Counted from the stretch's first letter, positions 27,312 through 39,520 are shown. The stretch: DNA of 64,000 nucleotides from Malacoraja senta (GCA_038087875.1 CM075980.1:12400001-12464000), one strand, 5' to 3'. Numbers and translations are program-made. The notes: generated from the sequence alone by a model not told the origin.

Positions 27312-28794
27312 CAGTGCGCTCCATAATGTTTGGGACAAAGACCCATCATTTATTTATTTGCCTCTGTACTCCACAATTTGAGATTTGTAATAGAAAAAAA
27401 ATCACATGTGGTTAAAGTGCATATTGTCAGATTTAAATAAAGGCCATTTCTATACATTTTGGTTTCACCATGTAGAAATTACAGCAGTGTTTATACATAG
27501 TCCCCCCATTTCAGGGCACCATAATGTTTGGGACACAGCAGTGTCATGAAAATGAAAGTAGTCATGTTTAGTATTTTGTTGCATATCCTTTGCATGCAAT
27601 GACTGCTTGAAGTCTGCGATGCATGGACATCACCAGTTGCTGGGTGTCTTCTCTGGTGATGCTCTGCCAGGCCTGTATTGCAGCCATCTTTAGCTTATGC
27701 CTGTTTTGGGGGCTAGTTCCCTTCAGTTTTTCTTCAGCATATAAAAGTCATGCTCAATTGGGATTAGATCGGGTGATTGACTTGGCCACTCAAGAATTGA
27801 CCATTTTTTAGCTTTGAAAAACTCCTTTGTTGCTTTAGCAGTATGTTTGGGATCATTGTTTTGCTGTAGAATGAACTGCCGGCCAATGAGTTTTGAGGCA
27901 TTTGTTTGAACTTGAGCAGATAGGATGTGTCTATACACTTCAGAATTCATTATGCTACTACCATCAGCAGTTGTATCATCAATGAAAATAAGTGAGCTAG
28001 TACCTTCAGCAGCCATACATGTCCAGGCAATAACACCCCCACCACCGTGTTTCACAGATGAGGTGGTATGCTTTGGATCTTGGGCAGTTCCTTCTCTCCT
28101 CCATACTTTGCTCTTGCCGTCACTCTGGTATGTTAATCTTCATCTCATCTGTCCACAGGACCTTATTGCAAAACTGTGGTTGTTCTTTCGAGTACTTCTC
28201 GGCAAACTGTAACCTGGTCATCCTATTTTTGTGGCTAACCAGTGGTTTTGCAGTGTAGCTGCCGTATTTTTGTTCATGAAGTCTTCTGCGGACAGTGGTC
28301 ATTGACAAATTTACACCTGAAGAGTGTTTCTGATCTGTCGGACAGGTGTTTGGGGATTTTTCTTTATTATAGAGAGAATTCTTCTGTCATCAGCTGTGGA
28401 GGTCTTCCTTGGCCTGCCAGTCCCTTTGCGATTAGTATGCTCACCAGTGCTCTCTTTCTTCTTAATTATGTTCCAAACAGTTGATTTTGGTAAGCCTAAG
28501 GGTTGGCTGATGTCTCTAACAGTTTTATTCTTGTTTCTCAGTCTCATAATGGCTTCTTTGACTTTAATTGACACAACTTTGGTCCTCATGTTGATAAACA
28601 GCAATAAAAGATTCCAAAGGTGAAGGAAAGACTGCTGAGAAGTCTCTTATACCTGCATTAAGGAGGCAATTAAACACACCTGAGCAATTACAAACACCTG
28701 TGAAGCCATTTGACCCAAACTTCAAATCTCAAATTGTGGAGTACAGAGAGAAATAAATAAATGATGGGTCTTTGTCCCATTATGGAGGGCGCTG
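27312..28794 (-). mobile_element. Tc1-family (DD34E) DNA transposon, IR/DR type, inactive
   Basis: Inverted termini CAGTGCGCTCCATAATG..GGGACAAAGACCCATCATTTATTTATTT at 27312 and its reverse complement ending at 28794, followed by TA. Direct repeat CCATAATGTTTGGGACA at 27321 and 27519. Frameshifted transposase on -. Confidence 0.92.
27723..28604 (-). pseudogene. Tc1 transposase pseudogene (three frameshifted pieces)
   Basis: HTH region plus GRPRKT (28311-28604), VLWTDE (28120-28308), and KHGGG..QQNNDPKH..WPSQSPDLIPIE (27723-28055). There are 34 residues between the second catalytic position (mutated D>N) and E. Confidence 0.9.
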
Positions 28795-30304
28795 TATGTG
28801 CAGGGTATTGTGGAAACTGTAAAGCTAAACAGTCCTGGGATATCATTTGATGGGGAAAGGAAACGGTGTGCATCATAATCTGTCTGCAGATTCTGCCAAG
28901 TTCTAGAACTGTGAGGGAAATCATCTGCTCCTGTTTCCTTATTGTATTTTCAGTTGTGAATTGCTATTTTAACTCCGTGTCAGTCAGGACCGGCAGTGAG
29001 ACTGGACCTGAATGTCTACTGTGGAATGGGAGTTGACGCACCTATGAAGGCAGAGCTACAGTTAAAGAAGTCTTCTAGGCTTCCTTTCAACAAACAATAA
29101 CCAGCCCCCTGTCCATGACAAATTTGCCCTTAGGTGTCATGGTGTTAGAAGATTCTAAATAATCCTCACATTATCTGCAAGTGGTTTCACCTTCTGCACT
29201 CTATCCAACCACCATGTTTTTTATGTGTTGAAAGAAACTGCAGATGCTGGTTTACGCCAAAGATAGACACAAAGTGCTGGAGTAATTCAGTGGGTCGGGC
29301 AGCATCTCTGTAGAAACAGGATGGTGATGTTTTGGGCCGGGACCCTTCTTCAGACTAAGATTAGAGGGGAAGGAATTGGAGGTAAGAACAGTCACAGGTT
29401 TTCCACACAAACACAGCTTTCAAACATTCATGGACATGATTCCCAATGCTCTTGCCTATCCTGAGGCAACGCTGATCTTCTAGTGCTATTGAGATTGCAG
29501 TTAGGGAGAGAAGCCAAGGCTATCTTTACCAATGGTGATTATGGTGGAGTTCAGGACAGTATAGGTATTGTAGTTCATTTTGGTTGGGATCATCAGCTGT
29601 CTGAACAAGAACTGCTTCCTCTGCAAGATCTTTGAGATTTTCCAATTGGATTTTCTTGCCATAAGCGAACATTCAGAGACCAAGCTCCAAGTCAACATCA
29701 ACTCAAGTGGATCGGACCTGCACTTAATATTTTCAAAATAAAGGTAATTAACCAGCCCACTCCCAAACATGCAACACCATTCTCTGACAGCAAAGACTGA
29801 TGTCCATGATGAAATTGCATTCAGTGGGCAGTCTGAGGGGAAGAGAGCATCTCAAACCCAGTACAAATATTATGGTTTACCAGGTTACAACATTACCTGT
29901 GCCCTCCTCCAACCTCATCTACTGTATCCGCTGTTCCAGGTGTCAACTTCTCTACATTAATTAAGACCAAGCGCAGGCCCGGCGATCGTTTCACTGAACA
30001 CCTCTGCTCAGTCCGTCTTAACCTACCCGATCTCCCGGTGGCTCAGCACTTCAATTCCCCCTCCCATTCCCAATCTGACCTTTCTGTCCTGGGTCTCCGC
30101 CATTGTCAGAGTGAGGCCCAGCGCAAAATGGAGGAACCTCATATTTCGCATAGGTAGTTTACACCCCAGCGGTATGAACATTGACTTCTCTAACTTCAGA
30201 TAGCCCTTACCTTCTCTCTCCATCCCCTTCCCCTTCCTAGTTCTCCCACTAGTCTTACTGTCTCCAACTACATTCTTTGTCCCGGCCCCTCCCTTGACAT
30301 CAGT

Positions 30305-30332
30305 CTGAAGAAGGGTCCCGACCCAAAACATT
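30305..30332 (+). ncRNA. decayed minimal hammerhead ribozyme motif (PLE-associated)
   Basis: CTGAAGA-AGGGTC-CC-GACCC-AAAAC-ATT; the GAAAC and GTC core elements are mutated. Confidence 0.45.
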
Positions 30333-30376
30333 GCCCATTCCTTCTCTCCAGAGATGCTGCCTCACCCACTGGGTTA

Positions 30377-30908
30377 TTGTGTGCAGTTTTCGTCTCCAAA
30401 TTTGAGGAAGGACATTCTTGCTATTGAGGGTGTGCAGCGTAGGTTCACAAGGTTAATTCCTGGGATGGCAGGACTGTCATATGCTGAGAGAATGGAGCGG
30501 CTGGGCTTGTATACTCTGGAATTTAGAAAGATGAGAGGGGATCTTATTGAAATATATAAGATTATTAAGGGTTTGGACACGCTAGAGGCAGGAAACATGT
30601 TCCTGATTTTGGGGGAGTCCAGAACATGGGGCCACAGTTTAAGAATAAGGGGTACACCATTTAGAACGGAGATGGGGAAACACTTTTTCACACAGTTGTG
30701 AGTCTGTGGAATTCTCTGCCTTAGAAGGCCGGTTCTCTGGATACTTTCAAGAGAGAGCTAGATAGGGCTCTTGAAGATAGCGGAGTCAGGGGATACGGGG
30801 AGAAGGCAGGAACGGGGTACTGATTGTGGATGATTAGCCATGATCACATTGAATGGCGGTGCTGGCTTGAAGGGCTGAATGGCCTACTCCTGCACCTATT
30901 GTCTATTG
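30377..30908 (+). mobile_element. CR1 LINE 3' end nested in the PLE tail
   Basis: ORF 30354-30701 reads YCVQFSSPNLRKDILAIEGVQRRFTRLIPGMAGLSYAERMERLGLYTLEFRKMRGDLIE. The CR1 3'UTR ends GGCCTACTCCTGCAC(CTATTGT)2. Confidence 0.9.
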
Positions 30909-31290
30909 TTACTCCAGCATTTTATGACTACCTTCGATTTAAACCAGCATCTGCAGTTCTTTCTTACAGATTACCTGTGCCCTTGTGTATTTCCTACGGC
31001 AGGCGCCTCAAAGCACTGGAGAGGGAACCTTCCAGTGGAATTGGTGATTAACAAACGATATTGATATTAGTTTGCTTGAGTCACATCCCCATCATCAAGA
31101 CACTGATTACACTTGGCTCTGTTCCGTAGACCACATCACTTGCATGATTTGTCAATCATTGTCAAACATTCAAGAATATGCTTAAAGCATCCTTGAAAAA
31201 GTGCAACATGCCCAATGGTTCGTTCGAAAACCTGGTCCACGATCACCGCAACTAGGAAAGGTTGATTTGGATCGGCTGTTATTTGTTTAC

Positions 31291-31444
31291 CTTTCTCCTG
31301 GAAAGTTGGACTGAGGAATTCTGTTCTGTCCCTTAAATGATCTGGAGAGAGCCGCTGTCGAGTTGTGTGTTTAGGCAAAACTCGCTTGTCCTTTCGAACT
31401 TGGTGTGCACCAAACCCATTGTTCCTGTATTCATCCTCATTTGT
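31291..31444 (-). CDS. SFI1: SFI1 coding exon (154 nt, phase 0-1; poorly conserved linker)
   Basis: ttgattttag|ACA...AAA G|gtaaac. Encodes TNEDEYRNNGFGAHQVRKDKRVLPKHTTRQRLSPDHLRDRTEFLSPTFQEK. It supplies the phase 0-to-1 shift needed between its neighbours. Confidence 0.75.
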
Positions 31445-31773
31445 CTAAAATCAAAATGGGTATAGACAGTTAAATCCATTTCTTTTCTGTCTCCTGTAAT
31501 GGTGGCTGGTAGATCCAGTTTGACAGATTCACACACCCCAGTCAGTAACGACAGCAGACTTTTAATTGGGTTTTGTTTTAAGATGTTACGGTAATGTAAT
31601 AGATTTACCAGCAAATTCAGGAAATTTAAAAGGTGTGAAAAATGGAGCTTTGGTGAGTTTCAAGGGAGTGTGGGAACTGCAGTTCCTGAATGTTAAAGGG
31701 AACGAGAGAACCAGAACCCTGGTATGTGAAAGGGAGTGTGTGATTCAGGGTTCCTGCATGATCAAGGGATCGT

Positions 31774-32880
31774 GGGAACCAGGGCCCAGTGTAATGTAGG
31801 GAGTGTGGGAACCAGGGCCCAGTGTACTGTAGGGAGTGTGGGAACCAGGGCCCAGTGTACTGTAGGGAGTGTGGGAACCAGGGCCCAGTGTACTGTAGGG
31901 AGTGTGGGAACCATGACCCAGTGTACTGTAGGGAGTGTGGGAACCAGGGCCCAGTGTACTGTAGGGAGTGTGGGAACCAGGGCCCAGTGTACTGTAGTGA
32001 GTGTGGGAACCAGGGCCCAGTGTACTGTAGGGAGTGTGGGAACCAGGGCCCAATGTACTGTAGGGAGTGTGGGAACCAGGGCCCAGTGTACTGTAGGGAG
32101 TGTGGGAACCAGGGCCCAGTGTACAGTAGGGAGTGTGGGAACCAGGGCCCAGTGTACTGTAGGGAGTGTGGGAACCAGGGCCCAGTGTACTGTAGGGAGT
32201 GTGGGAACCAGGGCCCAGTGTATTGTAGGGAGTGTGGGAACCAGGGCCCAGTGTACTGTAGGGAGTGTGGGAACCAGGGCCCAGTGTACTGTAGGGAGTG
32301 TGGTAACCAGGGCCCAGTGTACTGTAGTGAGTGTGGGAACCAGGGCCCAGTGTACTATAGGGAGTGTGGGAACCAGGGCCCAGTGTACTGTAGGGAGTGT
32401 GGGAACCAGGGCCCAGTGTACTGTAGGGAGTGTGGGAACCAGGGCCCAGTGTACAGTAGGGAGTGTGGGAACCAGGGCCCAGTGTACTGTAGGGAGTGTG
32501 GGAACCAGGGCCCAGTGTACTGTAGGGAGTGTGGGAACCAGGGCCCAGTGTACTGTAGGGAGTGTGGGAACCAGGGCCCAGTGTACTGTAGGGAGTGTGG
32601 GAACCAGGGCCCAGTGTACTGTAGGGAGTGTGGGAACCAGGGCCCAGTGTACTGTAGGGAGTGTGGGAACCAGGGCCCAGTGTACTGTAGGGAGTGTGGG
32701 AACCAGGGCCCAGTGTACTGTAGGGAGTGTGGGAACCAGGGCCCAGTGTACTGTAGGGAGTGTGGGAACCAGGGCCCAGTGTACTGTAGGGAGTGTGGGA
32801 ACCAGGGCCCAGTGTACTGTAGGGAGTGTGGGAACCAGGGCCCAGTGTACTGTAGGGAGTGTGGGAACCAGGGTCACAGT
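31774..32880. repeat. 33-bp minisatellite, 33 full units + partial, with degenerate flanking units (~31650-33125)
   Basis: Unit GGGAACCAGGGCCCAGTGTACTGTAGGGAGTGT; unit starts at 31774 and 32863 are exactly 33x33 nt apart. Confidence 0.97.
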
Positions 32881-34584
32881 GTGTTGAAGGCAGCATGGGA
32901 TCCAGAGCCACAGGTTAAAATGAAACGTGGGATCAAGAGCCCCGTGTGTTAAGGGAATGTGGAATCAGGGGCTCAGTATGTTAAAGGGAGTGTGGGAACC
33001 ACAACTCCTGTATGTTAAAGGGAGCATGGAATGAGAGAGCCGTGTATTAATGGAAACTTTGGAACTGTGACCCTAGTGTGTTGGTGAATGTGGGGTCTAG
33101 GACCCTGGTGTGTTAAAGGGAGTGCAGGAGTGAGCATATAGTGAGGCAAATGCCAAAACATCAGAATGTCTGAACAACTGGATAGCAGATTAATAACATT
33201 TTATAGTATTGAGAATTGATAACAATTTGTTTTGAGACAGATAAAGTGCAATATGCAAGAGAGAAGGAAGCATATGTTAATAAGCTCAAGTATTACTGCA
33301 CATGTGGTTTACTAGCAAAATAAATACAATCACATTTTTTTTACTGACGCACTATCAGATATCGTGATTCCCACAGATTTTCTCTCATCCCATCTTAAAG
33401 CAATGTTCTTATCCTACGGAAGGACAACTCTGTGTGTTCCAAGCCAGCCCTTAAATCATCACCACCCAGCCCTTTCAGCCTTAATATTTTCAGCTGGAGA
33501 GTGGAATGGGAAGAAAGCCTCTGCAAATCAGTAGGCTCCATCAAAGACTTTGTAAGGGCAAGTGACAAGTTTGAGGGAGCAGGTGGCCCAGACCTCCTTG
33601 CTCTGGCTGGCTCAACAGTTCACTGTAAATGGAAAGACTTCACATTTCCATCGCATTATTGGCATCTTAACCTCAGCCAAACCTTAAACTCAGCTAAACC
33701 TCCCATATACCTGTGTTTTGAATTAGTTTTTGTCATTAAGTTACTCTGAACACAGTTTATGCATTACCAAGACCCAAGGACACTGCAATCAAGTTCTAGA
33801 GTAATGATGGAGGCACAGATTTCTGGGTTATGTTGCTATTTATAAGCATGAATGATCGACTATAAGGGCATTTCAATAATTGAGCCTTATGGTGAAGAGG
33901 GTGTGCTTGAGTATTCGAGCAATGTACAATGAGATTCTGAAGGTGAAGTTCATTCAGTGATGAGGTTTAAAGCTCATCCTTTCGTACTTAAGGTAATGAC
34001 CAAACTTCCAGTAAGGCAAATAGAATCAACATATGAGGTAAAAATATGATGTCGGGTGTGTGATAACTTGCCTTCAGTCCTGTTGTTACTTAACGGAAGG
34101 AGATTTTAACTGATCTACCTTTCAATATTGGGTGGCAAGACGGGTGTAGAATCAAGCATAGTATAGACAGATAGAGCTGAATATGAGGAAGCTAATTTCA
34201 TGCATGTTACCACCTCTCGAGTACAAGTTATTGGATTTAACACATTTACTACACCCTGTTGCAGAACACTATTTTTCAAAATATGGGAGACTATTTTACA
34301 TTCCTTATACGATACGATATAACTTCACATAAAAGACAAGTTCTTCAACCAATAGGCAAAGACAATAGCTTTTCCAATGACACAACAGCTTTTGCACTGC
34401 AGTAGTTATCAAACAATTTTTGAGCCATTATAATCTGTGAAGAGCGCAGCAGAGGATATGCAGGCATTTGGAATGGAAACCAAGCAAAGGCAACCTGGTG
34501 TTAGGCAGTATGCAAGGATCAGAATCAACATCCTCAGAACAAGCGAGATTAGCAGGAGAGTGCAGCAGAATAATAGTGGCTTAC

Positions 34585-34909
34585 ATTCCCTTTCTCCTTC
34601 CCCAGTGACAAGAATGCTGAAGGGGGTAGAAGCACATCCTTTGGCACTGGCTGCTCCTGCAGAGTGTCCATGGTGGGCCATGAGGGAACAAAGTGGGTAA
34701 AGGGTAAGGTCTTCTGTGACTGCACAGTCTGTAAAGTTGCTGCTTGTGGTTGCCAGGTAACATGGTCAACAGTATCCTTCATAGAATGGTTCCTTTGGCT
34801 TGTGTGAGTCCTTACTTCATGAACTTTGGACTGTGTTGGAGTCTCCACTTTGTCTTCTGATAGAGAGGTTAGAGTTGACAATGAAGAGCCCAGAATCAAA
34901 GCATTGCCA
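34585..34909 (-). CDS. SFI1: SFI1 coding exon (325 nt, phase 2-0; S/T/P-rich)
   Basis: ttgattgcag|T GGC...GGG AAT|gtaagc. Open frame ending DVLLPPSAFLSLGKEKGN, similar to SFI1 ELLLLPLSSFM. Phases chain. Confidence 0.8.
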
Positions 34910-37754
34910 CTGCAATCAAGATGTGGATAAATCAGAAGCAGAAAAAAACCCGTCAGATGCTGAAAATTATTAAATAAAAACAGAAAACTGCAGAAACAGT
35001 CAGCAGAACTGGAAGTACCAGTGGAGAGTAAAAAAGTAATCACCAAAAAGTTGTTCTGTGAAAACTGGAATGGTATACAATTCTCTCCACAATTGCAGCA
35101 AATTCTTAGCAGCATTGCCTGAATTTGTATTTCATAAACCTTACCCAAATCAACATTCATCCAGATTTGTTGGACCCCAACCCACCAACAGCCCACCCCT
35201 GCTGGAGCCCTAACCTACCACTGGTCTATACCTGCTGGATCCCGACCCCTATCAGGTCTGCCTTGATGAAAGAACCTGTTCTCGTTTTTGCTCTCTCCGT
35301 GTGTTTACTAATTTCAGCAGGGTGTCTGTCTTTTCTCTCCTCTAATGAAATTTGAAATTTATCTAGCAAATATTTTTGTGTAGGAAGGAACTGCAGAGCA
35401 CGTTTTAACCCAGAGTCGATCGTCTGCTTTGATCTGTGTTATCACACCATACCCCTCCATATCTCGACTCCCTCTCCCCTGAATCTCAGTCTGAAGAAGT
35501 CTCAACCCGAACCGTCACCTGCTCTCCAGAGATGCAGCATGTTCCTAAGTTACTCCAGTATTTTGTGTCTAGCAAATATTCTTATTTTCCTTTTTTACTC
35601 TAAGATTTCATGCATAATGCCTCACATGCTGCTCTCTCCAGAGGTTGAACTGTTTTTATTCTTTGACAGGGTGAACTGTTTGTATTCCTTGTATTGCTCC
35701 CTCAGTTTAGTTTAATTTAGTTATTAATGTCACGTGTGCCCGGTACAGTGAAAAGCTTTTTGTAGCATGCAATCAGTGAAAAGACTATACACGATTACAA
35801 TCAAGCCGTTTTTATGTTCTGTGGATACTTTCTTGTTACATTTGCGTTCTACTTCCCCTTTCCTTATCACCTTTTTTGGTCACGCTATGCTGAATCCTAA
35901 CATTTTCCCAATCCACAAGCTTCTTGAAACAGAATAAGCTTTATCCTTTGATCAAATACCATCTTTACCTCGTGAGCCACAGCTGGAACATTTTTCTGGT
36001 TGTTTTTTTTGTGTCTTGAAGGGATTTGTATTAATTGTAAACTATACATTAATTCTTTAAATGTTAGTAATTCCTTATTTCCTGCCACAATTTTTCATGC
36101 AGTTGTCCAACCTACCATAGTCATCTTGTGCCGTAAAACATTGTAGTTTTTAACACGAGACCCTAGTTTCAGATGAAACCAAATGATTTTCAATCTTTAT
36201 AGAAAATTCTATCCATTGCCTCAACAAAGACAGTGGTGGTTAATGGTATCATGGACATATGCATTTGCCGCAGGTATGTTGGTAAGAATACGATCAAGCT
36301 GGTTGTTAAGAATATCAAACTAGTTTATCCCTTCTGTTGATGTGTTAAGTTTCTGTCACAAATCCAGTCTGGTAGCTATGTCCTTCACGACTCAACAAAA
36401 GTATTGGTGTTACCAAAGAACTTTGGGGATGAACATTAAAGACTCCCATCATTTGCTACTTTCAATGCTTCTCTAAACTGTTGTTCGATGTGATTCATTC
36501 ATTGAGGGGGGACAAAAGGTGATAATCAGGAGGAGGTTCCTTGCCCCTGATGCCATGAAACCTCAAAAAGTCTGCAGTCAATGTTAAGGCCTCTCAGGAT
36601 GACCCCTGTCTACCAAGATATCACCACCTTGGTGCATGTATGCTGGTGGGACAGGACATATCCATGGATTGTGATGAAGGACACAAAATGTGTGTTACAA
36701 AATAATTCTAGCAATTTTTGATTCTTTTGATGACGGTATTGCTTGACTAATCTGTAGGACAATCCTCCCTGTTTTGATCTTAATCTCTATATGTTCCATG
36801 ACTGGGCTGGGAGTTACTTTGCTATGTCCGAATTCAGTTGATCCAGCTGTTTTTTTTAAACTATTATAATTGTGGGTTTGATACTATTGATTGATTTGTT
36901 GAGCCAGTTTTGGGAGTTTGATTTTGGCCAGAGCAAAAAAGACGGCAGACTGTCCCCATTGAAGAATATTAATGTCAAATGTTTTTTGAAGGTCTTTACT
37001 AAATTCCAGATCATTAATTACAGGTCTCCCCAAGGTTTCCGTCCCTGTGAACCATTGCTCATTTGTATGTAAGGGTTGTACATAAGTCAGGCATTCGTAA
37101 GCTGGGAAGGATCTATATAGTTAAATTCCACAGTAGCAGTTGAGGGATTTAAATTCTCATCTCTGAGTTTTTAGGTTCACACCACAAGTCTGATAAATCA
37201 AACATTTCTCCATACTCAAAAAAGTGAAGGAGGAAGACAGAAGCAGCACAACTGTATCCTTTACAAGGAGAACTGGCTATGCATTGAGTCACTCCCAGGT
37301 CAAGCATCAAACATGTATCTACTTTACAAATAAACAGATTTTTAAACAATAACACTCCGAACAACATGATGTCGTTTCCATCGAACAGTGTACAGCTTAC
37401 ATGCAAAGTATAAGCAGGAGAAAATATCAGTGCTACTCCCAAGGAAAGGTACTTTCTAGTGCAATCAAACCGAGTTGTGATTCCCTTTATGCACCAAGTT
37501 ATATGATCCCGGCCAAGTCAAGATTCAACAAAGACAAGCAGCCATAAATTCGGGAGAAAGAAAAAAAAATTAAACTCGGCCACATCCTCATTTATAAACG
37601 TAAAATAGTGGTTCCAGCAAGAAATTGGATGCTGTGCACGTTTGTGCTCAGACTCAGCTGTGATATTCTGCATGGTCAGCCCAAGATGCTAGTGGCCAGT
37701 AGCCCAGTGGGTATAGGCTATCCCTCTGGACGGAGGTGTGCCAGGGGGGGGGGG

Positions 37755-39520
37755 GGGTTGCTAATGTTGTACCATTATTTATGAAGGGCAGTAAGGACAA
37801 GCCAGGGAATTACAGGCAGGTGAGCCTGACATTGGAGGAGATTCTTCAGGACAGGATCTATCAGCATTTGGAAAGACACGGACTGATTAGGGACAGTCAG
37901 CATGGCTTCGTATGTGGGAACTCATCTCACAAATCTCATAGAATTTTTTGAAGAGGACACCAAGAGATGATGAAAGCTGAGCAGTGGATGTTATCTACAT
38001 GGACTTCAACAAAGCCTTTGACAAGATTCCTCACGGTAGGCTAGACTAGAAGGTTAGATCGTATGGAATCCAAGGTGAGCTAGCCATTTAGATTCAAAAT
38101 TGGTTTCGAGGAAGAAGTCAAAGTGTGGATATGAAAGATTGTTTTTCTGATTTACGACCCATGATGAGCTGCAGGTACTGGGTGCCCTGCTATTTGTTAT
38201 ATACATTAATTATTCGGACAACAGTGTTGTTAAAACTGTTAGTAATTTTGCAGATGACAACAACATTTGTGGTATCGTAAACAGTGAGGAAGGATATCTA
38301 AGTTTACAACAAGATCTAGATCAGCTGGGAAGGTGTAGGTATGTTACAATACTTACCTTCAGCGGCGCTGCAATTCCGCCACTGGCCGTGTGCGCGATTT
38401 TGGCGCCTTTGAGGGGGGGGGCGGGGTTTAAACGCGGGTTTCTCCTACCTTGTCCTGAATTATATTTCGTTGGAGTGCAACCTTTTGCTGAAGAATCGTT
38501 CCAACAGGCGTTTTGTGTATTTTTAATTTTTATTTGCCCGACAATTTCAGCGCTGGAGTTATTTTAAAATCAGCTTCGAAAGCCGTCAACGCCGACAACG
38601 GGGACGGATTTCACGCATGGGACAGGTAAACGAAAGCAGTTTATTTTATGTATAAAAGTGCTTCTTAAGAGGCCTTTAATTCACATTTTAAAATGCGAAA
38701 CGGTGATTCTTTTCCCCGAACTAACGGCAGTATTTTTCATGCCGATACGGGTTTAAATTTACCGCAAATCAACGTTCCAAATGATCGCGCTCCAGAAAAA
38801 CCCACTCGCGAGATGATTTAAATGCCCATTAATTTACAGGTATTAAACATTCAATTCCTTCCATTTGACCTATAAATCCATGACAATGAGATTTAAAAAT
38901 TATGTTATATTGTGAATTCTTGTGTGAATGTTATTTGGACACAGGCTATTTAAAAATGTTAATCTATTCTTAAGAAATTGATAGATGTTTAGATCTAGTA
39001 ATTGAATTTTGTAATTAGCTACAATTAGGTAACTAACTAATTATATGCTTTAATTTCATGTAATCTAAGTAAGATTGTTTCATATTTGTTTCAGAATGCT
39101 TCAATCTATAATAACTGAAAATGTCTTTCAGTTCTCTTAATTTTTAAGAAAGTTATGGGCTTTTGACTGTCCTTGATCACAGCTTTTGTGTTAAGTCAAT
39201 GGAAAAGCAATAGGGAACAAGATGCTAATTTCCGAGTATGAAAATGGCCACAACTTTTTTAATACTGAAGATATGAAAGTGAATTAGGTGTCAAATTAAA
39301 CTTCTTTTTATGCTTTATCTGATGTGATAAATTGCAGACTTGATTTTTTTAATCTCAAAATTTTGTAACATTGCTAGAAGGTGAGCCAAGGAATGGCAAA
39401 TGGAATTTATCTCTGACAAGTACGAGGTGTTGCACTTAGGAATGTCAAACCAGGACAGAACTTCTACAGTAGGTGGTAGAGCTCTGGAGAGTATTGCAGA
39501 GGAGATCTGGGAGTACACAT
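37755..39520 (+). mobile_element. CR1 LINE RT-region fragment, split by a DNA transposon at 38336-39376
   Basis: ANVVPLFMKGSKDKPGNYRQVSLT..SQHGF; VDVIYMDFNKAFDKIPH; FADD. The sequence GATCAGCTGGGAAGGTG|AGCCAAGGAATGGCAAATGGAATTT rejoins across the insertion. Confidence 0.85.
38336..39376 (+). mobile_element. non-autonomous DNA transposon (hAT-like), copy A, 7-bp TSD GAAGGTG
   Basis: Termini TAGGTATGTTACAA ... TTGTAACATTGCTA (14-bp imperfect TIR); GAAGGTG at 38329-38335 and 39377-39383; no ORF. Strand is arbitrary. Confidence 0.85.

Larger units (their letters stand above)
29893..30968 (+). mobile_element. Penelope-like element 3' end (GIY-YIG endonuclease, hammerhead tail) interrupted by a CR1 insertion
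   Basis: Translates as SSNLIYCIRCSRCQLLYI..TKRRPGDRFTEHLCSV..PVAQHFNSPSH..GMNIDFSNFR* (GIY-YIG with CxxC..H..H). The tail is split at GTTA (~30376) and resumes at ~30908. Confidence 0.85.

Noticed and set aside
31774-32880. CRISPR-like array
   Set aside because: Units are contiguous with no unique spacers, there are no cas genes, and the context is eukaryotic.
31736-32952. Four 370-390 aa ORFs, including (YCRECGNQGPV)n, which looks like a CxxC zinc-binding repeat protein
   Set aside because: These are artefacts of a 33-nt (multiple of 3) tandem unit lacking stops in four frames. There is no unique flanking domain or credible start, and the region is intronic to SFI1.
33400-33622. Possible extra SFI1 exon after a tttacag acceptor on -
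   Set aside because: The required phase-0 frame starts with TGA, the other frames also stop, and there is no good donor. The flanking exons already join in frame.
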